From positions 1-24,137 of IMG/VR virus record IMGVR_UViG_3300017832_000011: a stretch of 24,137 nt of DNA, one strand, 5' to 3'. The notes below the pieces were generated by a model that was given only the letters and a program-made list of their open reading frames with translations, did no database searches and was not told the DNA's origin. How positions within the stretch are numbered: position 1 is the stretch's first letter; each line of letters opens with the position of its first letter. Source of the DNA: a virus. Its lineage: Duplodnaviria > Caudoviricetes. Shown here one piece after another: positions 14,918 to 24,014 of this stretch. The translations under genes and the position numbers were made by a program.

Positions 14918-17587
14918 GTGGCCGCAACAGTAGGAAGTATCGTAATCCAGACTATATATTCAAACGACAAGCGTAGCTTCACTAACGTCCAGAGGGGTAT
15001 TGAAGACCTGCGTAAAAACGTCAACAAGACCTCTACTGCGATGGGAAATCTGTCGAAGTCTATAGCCAAAATCGGTGCTGTTGTTGCAAGTGCGTTTGCA
15101 GTGGCAAAGGTAGTCCAGTTTGGTTCGGAAGCTACTAAGGTTGCCATGCAGGTTGAAGCGGCTACTCAACAAGTTACTCGTACAATGGCTGATAGTTCCG
15201 AAGCTTTCTTAAACTGGGCGAAAACAAGTGCTATCGCCTACAACATGTCAAGAGCGGAAGCTATCAAATACGGGGCGATATACTCGAATCTGATAAGTAC
15301 CTTCTCTAATGATTCTGCAGTTACTGCAAAGTACACTATCGACTTGTTGAAGGCATCGGCAGTTGTGGCGTCTTCCACTGGTAGGACTATGGAAGACGTA
15401 ATGGAACGTATTCGTTCGGGTATGCTTGGCAACACTGAGGCGATTGAAGACTTGGGTATTAACGTCAATATCGCCATGATTGAATCAACGGAGGCGTTTA
15501 AGCGTTTTGCTAATGGAAAGTCGTGGAACCAGTTGGATTTCCAGTTGCAACAGCAGATTCGTTTATTCGCCATCTTGGAGCAGTCTGCCAAGAAGTACGG
15601 AACGGAGGTCAATAAAAACACTGCTTCAAGCATGCAGCAGTTTATCGCACAACTGAAGAACGTGCAGTTAAGTCTTGGTCAAGCTTTTCTTCCGATTGTA
15701 AATGTTGTACTTCCGATATTGACTTCCTTCGCCGCAAAACTGGCTCAAGTGGCGGAGGTTGTTGCGGCGTTTAGCCAAAGGATATTTGGTAAACCGCAGG
15801 AGATACAGGCTCAGGCTTCGGCTATCTCTAATCAAGCTTCTGCTGTGACTTCTCTTGGTGATTCTATCGAAGATGCTGGAAAACAAGCTAAGAAAGCTTC
15901 AAAACAAGTAGCTTCGTTCGACCAAGTTATTATGCTTTCTAAACCTGATGCTGATTCGGAAGTAGGGTCAAGCGGTGTATCCTCGCCATCGGTTGATTTG
16001 AGCGGACTAACTGGTGCTATCCAAGAGGCTGATAAGGCGTTACCTGACTTGGAAGGTAAGTTGAAGTCTTTTACTGAACGTGCTTATCAATACTTGAATT
16101 CTATCGGTATTGACAAGTCCACTATTGACAATATTGTGGGTCATAGTAAGAGCCTTGGTAACTCCGTGCTTCAAGTGTTCAGGGGTATCGCACCTAAGTT
16201 GAAGAGTACCTTGAAAACTGCACTGGATTCTCTTGGAACAATAGCGGTATCGAGTGGAAACCTTGTACTTGGTATCGGTGAGGGGATTGTAGGGGGTATT
16301 GATAAATATCTTCTGCAAAACAAAGGTCGATTAACTGCGACTTTATCTCGCATGCTCGATGATGCTTCTGTTATTCTAAGTCAAGGGACGCAGTTTTTTA
16401 GCGGTTTGGCGGATTCAGTAACTAAGTTTTTCAAGTTGGAAACGACTAAGCAGGCTATCGCTGACTTCGTAGCCATCGCAACGGACTTGTTCCTTAAACC
16501 TAAGGAGTTGCTTCTTGCTTTTATCGCGGATGTTACCACGGGTATAAACACTATCTTCCAAGAGAATAAAGCTAAGTTAGACGAATACCTTGGGAATGCT
16601 TCTGCTCTCTTGTCGGATACGCTTGGTGTGTTGAAGAAGATGATTCAGGAAACCTTCGACACCGTATTAAAGGCGTACGACACTTATGCAAAACCTGCGA
16701 TTGACAATATCGCTAATGGAATCTCGTTAATTGTTGGTAAAGTTTTAGATGCTTACAACAATCACATCATGCCAACGTTCTCTCGTATAGTTGAGAAGTT
16801 CTCCGAACTGTACGAAAGGGCTATCAAACCTTTCGTTGATAGACTTGTCGAGGTAGTAGGTAAACTTATTTTTCTTGCAAGTGAGATATGGAATCGGTTT
16901 ATCGCTCCGATTATCGGATGGTTAGTTGATAAACTTGCACCGGTATTCTCGAACATCTTCGAGACGGTGTATGATGTGGTAGCGACATCCTTCCAGTTGA
17001 TAATGGATGTGGGACAAGGACTCCTTCGTTCTCTAGGGGGTATTATAGACTTTATCACTGGAGTCTTCACTGGCGACTGGAAGAAGGCTTGGGAAGGGGT
17101 AAAAGATATCTTCGGCGGAATTTGGGATAGTCTTGTAGGTTTAGTTAAGTTTCCTCTCAACCTTATTATTGATGCGATCAACGCAGTAATTAGAGGTTTA
17201 AATAAGATAAGGATTGACGTACCGGACTGGGTTCCGGTTTTCGGTGGTGATACTTGGGGTATAAACATCCCTCAAATCCCTAAACTTGCAAAAGGTGGTT
17301 TGACTGTTGGAGCAACCTTAGCAGAGATTGGGGAAGGTCGTTACCAAGAAGCAGTTTTACCGTTGAACGACCAAGTATTCGGTAAGTTGTCGGCTCTCTT
17401 AGTTGATAATCTTCCTGCAAATAATAGACTTAATTCCGCACCTCAAATAAACGTAACGTTAAGTCCTGAGACTCTTATTCTTCTATCGGATGATGATTCT
17501 CAACTTCGTAGGCTTGCTCGAAGACTTAAAACTATTCTGGAAGAGGAGATGCTTCGTACTGGAGGAGGGTTTAGTTATGGCTTTTAA
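14918..17587 (+). CDS. Tail tape measure protein
   Basis: 889 aa, helical and Ala-rich; GNTEAIEDLGINV, FTGDWKKAWEGVKDIFGGIW, IPKLAKGG...IGEG..EAVLPL motifs. Confidence 0.95.
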   Translation: MAATVGSIVIQTIYSNDKRSFTNVQRGIEDLRKNVNKTSTAMGNLSKSIAKIGAVVASAFAVAKVVQFGSEATKVAMQVEAATQQVTRTMADSSEAFLNWAKTSAIAYNMSRAEAIKYGAIYSNLISTFSNDSAVTAKYTIDLLKASAVVASSTGRTMEDVMERIRSGMLGNTEAIEDLGINVNIAMIESTEAFKRFANGKSWNQLDFQLQQQIRLFAILEQSAKKYGTEVNKNTASSMQQFIAQLKNVQLSLGQAFLPIVNVVLPILTSFAAKLAQVAEVVAAFSQRIFGKPQEIQAQASAISNQASAVTSLGDSIEDAGKQAKKASKQVASFDQVIMLSKPDADSEVGSSGVSSPSVDLSGLTGAIQEADKALPDLEGKLKSFTERAYQYLNSIGIDKSTIDNIVGHSKSLGNSVLQVFRGIAPKLKSTLKTALDSLGTIAVSSGNLVLGIGEGIVGGIDKYLLQNKGRLTATLSRMLDDASVILSQGTQFFSGLADSVTKFFKLETTKQAIADFVAIATDLFLKPKELLLAFIADVTTGINTIFQENKAKLDEYLGNASALLSDTLGVLKKMIQETFDTVLKAYDTYAKPAIDNIANGISLIVGKVLDAYNNHIMPTFSRIVEKFSELYERAIKPFVDRLVEVVGKLIFLASEIWNRFIAPIIGWLVDKLAPVFSNIFETVYDVVATSFQLIMDVGQGLLRSLGGIIDFITGVFTGDWKKAWEGVKDIFGGIWDSLVGLVKFPLNLIIDAINAVIRGLNKIRIDVPDWVPVFGGDTWGINIPQIPKLAKGGLTVGATLAEIGEGRYQEAVLPLNDQVFGKLSALLVDNLPANNRLNSAPQINVTLSPETLILLSDDDSQLRRLARRLKTILEEEMLRTGGGFSYGF

Positions 17588-17963
17588 TCCTTTTGAGTTT
17601 AAGGTGAACGGAGTTCCACTTTCTCGTAAACCGTCTGCTTATCAAATTGACTTCCAACCCATCTCTGACGGTGAGCGACTTTTAGATGGAACTATGCAAA
17701 TTGAAGGGGTAGCGGCGAAACACGTCGTTACCCTAGAGTTCGACTATATCTCCAAGGACGAGTTGGAACAATTAGTGGGTGTGACTTGGGAAGAGTTCCG
17801 TACCAACAGGTCAAAGTTGAAGCAGACTATCACTTTTCCGTACTTCGATGATGAACCTATCACTCTCAACACGTACTTCGGACCTTTTTCTATTCGCAGA
17901 GATAGGGAGTCTACATCGGTAAATGCTTGGCGAGATGTGCGAATCTCGTTTATCGAATTGTAA
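17577..17963 (+). CDS. Distal tail (Dit-like) protein
   Basis: FKVNGV...PS.Y......ERLLDGTM...VA.K...WRDVRISFIEL; follows the TMP. SD GGAGGAGG favours ATG 17577. Confidence 0.75.
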   Translation: MAFNPFEFKVNGVPLSRKPSAYQIDFQPISDGERLLDGTMQIEGVAAKHVVTLEFDYISKDELEQLVGVTWEEFRTNRSKLKQTITFPYFDDEPITLNTYFGPFSIRRDRESTSVNAWRDVRISFIEL

Positions 17964-17975
17964 GGAGGGGTATTC

Positions 17976-19286
17976 ATGTCGTTAGTTGAAGACGTTGTTG
18001 TTAGAGTTACGTTTAATGATGATTCAACCTTGGACTTAACGGCTAAAAACTACCTCCACAAGTTTTCACTTATGCTTGAGTTGGATACTTCTCGCCAGGC
18101 ATTGACTGGTGGTGTTAGTGCCAACGAGTTGAATCTTGTACTGAATAACTCGTCGGGGGTATTCTCCCTGACGAATCGGGAATCTCCGTACTACGGCTTG
18201 ATTGAAGAGGATATTAAGTTAGAGGTATTTGTAGCTGGTGAACCGCAAGGAGTTTTCTATGTCAAAAACTGGGATGCTCCTTCAACCGCTACTAGAAAAG
18301 TAGCGACAATTCGTGCGGTCGATAGGCTTCAAAGTGTTCTTAATTCTCCAGTAAGTCTTTTACCTGTAAATAGGTCTATAATGTTAAAGGACTATCTAAA
18401 GTTAGTTTTCCTTTCTGTCGGTTTTAGTGAGGAAGACCTCGATATATCTGAGGATTTGACTGAAGTTTTGAACTATACTGTAGTGTCGGGGGCGAGTTTA
18501 TCTTCTGTATTAAACGATATCGCTCTTTCGGGGTATTGTTATATCTATGTGGGTAAGGATAATAAGATTCACGCAGTAAGTAGGGATATTCGTGGGGAAG
18601 TCCGGCATTCGTTTTCCGATTCAGTTGGTATTGTTAGTATAAACCCTGCAAAAAGTCTCCTTTCAGGGGGTAACACCTTATCTGTGGGGTATTATACTAC
18701 CTCGCTTGGTGAGGTTACCGAGGTGCTTGCTATTAAAGGGGTAACACTTCCTGTGGGGGAGTCAACTCTTGCTAATTATGAGGTTAAAAACGCCAACCTT
18801 TTCGAGATTGATTCGGTGAAACTAACTTCGGATAAGAACGTAAGACTTTTAGGGGTGACTTGGACGCAGTCTACAGTGAGTATTACGGTTGAAAACGCGG
18901 AAGAAGAGGAGTCTACTTGTGATATATTCGTTTATGGTAGGCAGTTAGACCTAAGCTCATCTTATGTACTTCGTCAAGACTATGATCTTGTTCAAAGGAA
19001 TGGAAGAAAGGATATCAAGTTAGAATCTACCTTGTTGCAAACTAAGTCTTCTGCTGACGCACTTGCTGATAAATTATGGAGTTTAGTTACTCAACCCATA
19101 CCTTATATAGATGCCAAGCTATTTATAAACCACTTTTCTCTCGACTTGTGTGAAGTTGTAAAGTTCGAATCGGAGAGATTGAATCTTAACTACACAGGGT
19201 ATATCCATTCTCTCACGTTTGAGTGGAGAGGTGGCGATGCTGTCACAGTCAATGTGGGGGTAAAGCCACTCTTGGTTGACGAGTAA
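17976..19286 (+). CDS. Tail-tip / baseplate hub protein
   Basis: GGVSANELNL.LNN..G.FS..N..SPYY...GVFYV..W...ATIRAVDRL pattern; follows Dit. Confidence 0.7.
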   Translation: MSLVEDVVVRVTFNDDSTLDLTAKNYLHKFSLMLELDTSRQALTGGVSANELNLVLNNSSGVFSLTNRESPYYGLIEEDIKLEVFVAGEPQGVFYVKNWDAPSTATRKVATIRAVDRLQSVLNSPVSLLPVNRSIMLKDYLKLVFLSVGFSEEDLDISEDLTEVLNYTVVSGASLSSVLNDIALSGYCYIYVGKDNKIHAVSRDIRGEVRHSFSDSVGIVSINPAKSLLSGGNTLSVGYYTTSLGEVTEVLAIKGVTLPVGESTLANYEVKNANLFEIDSVKLTSDKNVRLLGVTWTQSTVSITVENAEEEESTCDIFVYGRQLDLSSSYVLRQDYDLVQRNGRKDIKLESTLLQTKSSADALADKLWSLVTQPIPYIDAKLFINHFSLDLCEVVKFESERLNLNYTGYIHSLTFEWRGGDAVTVNVGVKPLLVDE

Positions 19287-19615
19287 GAAGAAGTTCCAAA
19301 GGACGAAAAATTTATTCGTCCTTCTGAATAATTTTTTCGTCCTTTGTAATCTTGTGTTTTTCTATCTGAATCGGGTTTATTATAAGTGAATAATTTGGTG
19401 GAGTTTTTTAAATGGATGAAGAGTTGAAATTCCACCAACGGAGTTAATTTTATTACAATTAAGAGTAAAGGAAGACGGTGAAGGTGAACTGTAAGTAGTT
19501 ACCGTTAACTTACAGTTAGTCTACTACAGTACAACAATACCAGGCATCCAACTTCAGGAGAGTGGATGTGGGGTATGAGGTCTTTCTATATTTCTATGGA
19601 AGGGGGAGTCGCCGC

Positions 19616-20890
19616 ATGGCTGATGGTAAAGAGTTTTTCCCTGACAATCTAATAGCCGAAGTTCCCTTATCGGCGTACACACTTTCAAATGCGACACTTT
19701 CGGATGATGTGTTTATTATAAATCCAAACGGGTCAATCGCTATCGAAGTTTTATTTGATGTGGGTAAGAGGTTCGCTTGTTACTATCTCCGTCACAAGGT
19801 TGTGTATAAGGGTAGTACCGATATCTCGGCAAACTTCACTCCAAAGGGTCAAATTTTCTTCGATATCCACTATACGAACGACCCTAAGTCGGACAACAAT
19901 ATCGTTTTATTCAATAATGATGAGCAAGATGGTGATAGGTATGTCAACTTATCTGATGTTCCTACTCGCAACAAAGAAGTTAATAAGTTGACTATGCGTA
20001 TTGTCAATAAGAGTGAGGCTCCACTATATATCTATTCGATTGAAATCTTCAAGTCGAAGGACTTTTCACCTTATCAAATTGTTGACGTATTGAAGGAAGA
20101 GGTCATCACGGCTGATGTGATCCATGCTACGGCAAACTTCAATGAAGCGGTATTCACGCAGTACCTTCAAACAAACGTCTTTTCTATGAGTGCTTTGGGG
20201 CGGTTAATCTCTCCGCAGGTTGATTATATGATCGCTCAAGACTGGACGTTGGACTTCAGGACTGCAACTCTCTCCAGTACGGAGAAGGAGCAGTTTTATA
20301 TTGACGTTCAATATGCGGATGGATCAACGAAGCGTTACTACTTTTGGTATGCGATAATCGGTGACCATCCAGATGCGTACAAGTACCTGACTACTGTTGA
20401 CCCGAGGGAGAAGTTCCCAAGTATATCGGATGAGGATAGGGATGCTTTCAAGTTTATGGTATATAAGAAAACGTCTGATGTGTCGAAGTTGTCAATACGG
20501 TTCGTTGAGTTCGATGACGGTCAAGGGGGTAAAGTTACCGGACCGATGTTTATCTTGGGAGCAGGGACAAGCCTAGACCCAAATTCCCTGCTTGGAAAGT
20601 TTGTCATGTATAAGGATTATACGGGAGTCCATCTGAAGTATACCACCCAAACTGGTAAGGTTAAAGAGTTCCACATGGATGAATATGGGGTATACGCAGT
20701 TGGAATGTATAACCGTATTGACTACATTGAGGAGTACGATGATATGGTAAAGTTCAAGTTTATCGGAGACCCAAATCCGTTGGAGTTGGAGCCAATTTAC
20801 GATGAGTCGAACAAGTTCCTTGGGATATTGGTGAACAACAACGACTTCGTACCTTATACTCGTAAGTCCGGTTCGGGAAAGGGGGTATAA
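19616..20890 (+). CDS. Putative tail-tip structural protein
   Basis: 424-aa beta-rich ORF in the tail module; SD GGGGGAG precedes ATG 19616; family not recognised. Confidence 0.6.
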   Translation: MADGKEFFPDNLIAEVPLSAYTLSNATLSDDVFIINPNGSIAIEVLFDVGKRFACYYLRHKVVYKGSTDISANFTPKGQIFFDIHYTNDPKSDNNIVLFNNDEQDGDRYVNLSDVPTRNKEVNKLTMRIVNKSEAPLYIYSIEIFKSKDFSPYQIVDVLKEEVITADVIHATANFNEAVFTQYLQTNVFSMSALGRLISPQVDYMIAQDWTLDFRTATLSSTEKEQFYIDVQYADGSTKRYYFWYAIIGDHPDAYKYLTTVDPREKFPSISDEDRDAFKFMVYKKTSDVSKLSIRFVEFDDGQGGKVTGPMFILGAGTSLDPNSLLGKFVMYKDYTGVHLKYTTQTGKVKEFHMDEYGVYAVGMYNRIDYIEEYDDMVKFKFIGDPNPLELEPIYDESNKFLGILVNNNDFVPYTRKSGSGKGV

Positions 20891-20893
20891 GCG

Positions 20894-21034
20894 ATGCTTT
20901 TCCCTAATGATCCAAACTCAAAGATAAGCTGGTTTCACTTCATCTTGGGAACGGCGTTTGCGGGCAAGTTAGACACGTTTATTTATCCTGAAGATGCGGA
21001 GGATGCGGAAGAAGAGGCAAAGGAGGAGGACTAA
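20894..21034 (+). CDS. 46-aa small protein absent from the ORF track
   Basis: MLFPNDPNSKISWFHFILGTAFAGKLDTFIYPEDAEDAEEEAKEED*; SD AAGGGGGT; fills the gap between two tail genes exactly. Confidence 0.65.
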   Translation: MLFPNDPNSKISWFHFILGTAFAGKLDTFIYPEDAEDAEEEAKEED

Positions 21035-21035
21035 G

Positions 21036-22502
21036 ATGTTTATATCGAATGATAAAGAAGCCTTCTCCTTTTTAGCGGGTCTTATAGTAGGTGCGAGATG
21101 GACTACGTTGGTGAAAACTCCAAATATTCGCGTGGGGGTAACTACTCCACCTAAGAGAAAGCAAACTAATATAGGTGCTAAAAACGTTGTTACGTTGTCA
21201 CTTGGTAAAAAAGAGGGTGAAAGAGGGCAGTCAGTTAATATACCGGTATATCTCTCTAACAACGACCCTACTAGGATAGGAAATGCTATTGGAGTGGGCG
21301 GTTTTATTCTTGATATTCGCTTCAACCCTGATTATGTTCAGTATACGGGGTATTCGAAGGTTGACTGGGACGGTTCGGTAACGGTTGATACTTCGAATGT
21401 GGCTTCAGGGGTATTGAAGCTGATGGGACTTCGCACTTCGAACTTCTTCGGTGATTGTCAACTTTTGAATCTTTCGTTCTTTGTTAAGTCAACTGTACCT
21501 GAGACAGTAACAAGTATTGAACTTCGTTTAGCAGGGTCAGCAGGAACGGGTTTAGGGACGGAGGTTTTATTCGTTGAGTCTCTTGGGGATGATGAGTACC
21601 AATACTACTACGTCCAACCGAGTGGGAAAGAGTCGGGGAGTATAGAACTTGAGGGTATCGATATACCCAAATATTCTGCACCTATTAGTGATTCGCAGTA
21701 TGGATTAATCGGTGGCGGAACTTCAATCGTGGATTTTACGCTTAATAACGTGACAGTGATAGGGCCAGGTGGAATTGGGGGTGGTGACGGTAGCGGAGGT
21801 TGGAGTGGAACTGTAAATGCTACTATTGTAGTTTGGTTTAATGGTCAGAGAATCGGCTCGTATACCATCAAGTTGCAACGGGGAACGCACAGTTACAGTG
21901 GTCGCTTCCCTATCTATGTTCCTTCTTCGGGGTATGGAGATATCGAGTTTACTATCGAGATTGAACCTGAAGAGGGTGAAGAGGATGTACCGTTCTATGT
22001 GCTTATCCCTGCGTTCTCTTTCAAGGCGACAATCACCTCCGATATTGACCGAGAAGACCAGTCGGATATACCGACACCGGACGTAAAACCTCGACTATAT
22101 GAGGTAGTTATCGGTCAAGAGTATATCTATATCTATCAATATAGTGTCGCTCCACCCGCGAGTTTGTCGGGGGTAATCGAATCTGCGGAGACCGTAGAGA
22201 GAGTTACTGTCCGGCAAATCCAAACTTCTAAGTTAGCGGTCATTGAAACGATGATAGCGGTGGAGTTGGCAAGGTTAAGGGTATATTTTTTACCTGCAAA
22301 GTTAGAAGGTGCGATTGAATTTGCTAAAGCAAGGGATTATTTTAATTTGTATCAGTTGCTTCTTAAGAAGAAGGCTCTTTTAGAGCAAGCTGAGTCGCAT
22401 GATGTTTTCACTGAAAGGGGAGTTGAGGTTAAAAAAGACACGACTATGGAGTCTGGTTCTTCAGTTGAATTTATATTCATTAGGCAGGTTCCTAAAGATT
22501 GA
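21036..22502 (+). CDS. Tail-tip/fibre protein with a cohesin-like domain and C-terminal ~22-aa repeats
   Basis: VTLSLGKKEGERGQSVNIPVYLSNN...GVGGFILDIRFNPDYVQY...GVLKLMG...GDCQLLNLSFFVK fits the cohesin strand pattern. SD GGAGGAGG favours ATG 21036. Confidence 0.65.
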   Translation: MFISNDKEAFSFLAGLIVGARWTTLVKTPNIRVGVTTPPKRKQTNIGAKNVVTLSLGKKEGERGQSVNIPVYLSNNDPTRIGNAIGVGGFILDIRFNPDYVQYTGYSKVDWDGSVTVDTSNVASGVLKLMGLRTSNFFGDCQLLNLSFFVKSTVPETVTSIELRLAGSAGTGLGTEVLFVESLGDDEYQYYYVQPSGKESGSIELEGIDIPKYSAPISDSQYGLIGGGTSIVDFTLNNVTVIGPGGIGGGDGSGGWSGTVNATIVVWFNGQRIGSYTIKLQRGTHSYSGRFPIYVPSSGYGDIEFTIEIEPEEGEEDVPFYVLIPAFSFKATITSDIDREDQSDIPTPDVKPRLYEVVIGQEYIYIYQYSVAPPASLSGVIESAETVERVTVRQIQTSKLAVIETMIAVELARLRVYFLPAKLEGAIEFAKARDYFNLYQLLLKKKALLEQAESHDVFTERGVEVKKDTTMESGSSVEFIFIRQVPKD

Positions 22503-22513
22503 GGAGGGGTAAT

Positions 22514-23995
22514 ATGAAAAATCCGACAATGGAAAAAGCGGGGATTCGAGGGCTTATCACTGTAACTCAGGTTGACCCTGTAACCGGTAAAGTGTTGAAC
22601 AAGAAGACAGTGGAGAATATGATTACTAAGCAAGGTTTGGCGATGATGTTGTATGGGTTTACTCGTCACTATTGGGGCGAGTACCTTGGTAACTCTACGA
22701 TGTTTGGTCAGCATTTCGCCAATTCGGGGGTAGGAAACGGTCGAACCTCGACTACAGATTGGATGATTAGCTACAATATAGGACCAACGTTATTTGCTTT
22801 AGACTCCGAGACTATGCCGAATGCGGACTTGAAGGATCTTCCCTTCATGAATGCTAAAGGGGAAGTAAATGATTCGGAGTTGACTTTCTATGCGACAGGT
22901 AAGACGTATACTCCCGACTCTAAGGAAGGAACTATTATTCACCTTGAGAGGAGTAGTTACGTTGCAACTGAGTTGATGGCAGGTCGTTCTTTTTATATCC
23001 CTGCGGCAAAAGGTAACGGGACTTTCAACAAGATAGCGTTTGGTATAAACTACATGAATACTCCAGTAAGACCGGTATACCAAACACCGTTCTTCGGTAA
23101 AGTTTTACCTTATAACACGAATACAACTGAAGTATACTATGCGAGACCGGGGATACCTGGGTTGACTTCGGAAGATGAGATTCTTTTAGCTTATGGAATT
23201 CAAAATGCGCGTTATGTTTATAATCTTGAGACCGGGGTATTCTCGATTCTTGACTCGTCTGACCCAAGATACGGTGTACTTCTTGGTTCGGTTGGAATGG
23301 AGCAGTATATTATAAACAATAAGTGGGTGCGTATTACAAGGAGATTTAACTCTAGTTATGATGTTTTCTTTGTGAGAGACCTAACAACTAATGCGGAGAC
23401 AACGTATTCTTTCGGCACAAACCCAGGGACAATTCGTAATATTATCTTATACAACGATAAGTTGTATTTGTCGGGAAATTACTCGAGTACTCTTATGGCT
23501 TTCAATAAGTCGACTTTTGCGAGAGAGTCTGCGAGTGACTTAAGTATATCTACGTTGTTAACTGGGTTTCCATCTCAGTTTACATCTAACGTTAATTCAG
23601 TTTACTTCGGTATGAGAGGAGAAAACTATACTGCGATTTGTGACACGTACGGAACTATATTCGAGTTTACGGATATGACAAATGCTTGGAATACAGTTGT
23701 TGAACGTCACTTCGCGCCTTCCTTGGGGTATATTCAATCTTCGAACAACGAGTATTTCTTCTGCGAGAATGTTTCTGTTCCTCAAGCGTATGGTTCGGTG
23801 TCGGTAACAAACTACACTTCGCCAGGCTTGAACAATCTGTATTCTCCGATACTGGTTAGTTTAGGGTCGGGACCACTGCTTTCTTATGCGGACTTGGGTC
23901 AAGACTTCGTGCATACGTCTGGAACGGACACGTATGTCTCTTATGCGTTTACTGTAGGTTCGGGACAAGCAGTTATCGAAACGACACCTTTGTAA
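22514..23995 (+). CDS. Putative receptor-binding / tail fibre protein
   Basis: N-terminal GIRGLITV...TGKV.....NMITKQGL baseplate-attachment-like pattern, central propeller-like S/T/N/Y-rich region; last tail gene. Confidence 0.6.
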   Translation: MKNPTMEKAGIRGLITVTQVDPVTGKVLNKKTVENMITKQGLAMMLYGFTRHYWGEYLGNSTMFGQHFANSGVGNGRTSTTDWMISYNIGPTLFALDSETMPNADLKDLPFMNAKGEVNDSELTFYATGKTYTPDSKEGTIIHLERSSYVATELMAGRSFYIPAAKGNGTFNKIAFGINYMNTPVRPVYQTPFFGKVLPYNTNTTEVYYARPGIPGLTSEDEILLAYGIQNARYVYNLETGVFSILDSSDPRYGVLLGSVGMEQYIINNKWVRITRRFNSSYDVFFVRDLTTNAETTYSFGTNPGTIRNIILYNDKLYLSGNYSSTLMAFNKSTFARESASDLSISTLLTGFPSQFTSNVNSVYFGMRGENYTAICDTYGTIFEFTDMTNAWNTVVERHFAPSLGYIQSSNNEYFFCENVSVPQAYGSVSVTNYTSPGLNNLYSPILVSLGSGPLLSYADLGQDFVHTSGTDTYVSYAFTVGSGQAVIETTPL

Positions 23996-24014
23996 GAGAT
24001 GAAAGTAATTTCTT

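Noticed and set aside
960-23785. Remaining short - strand and nested ORFs in the track
   Set aside because: All overlap well-supported + strand genes and lack SD or motif support.
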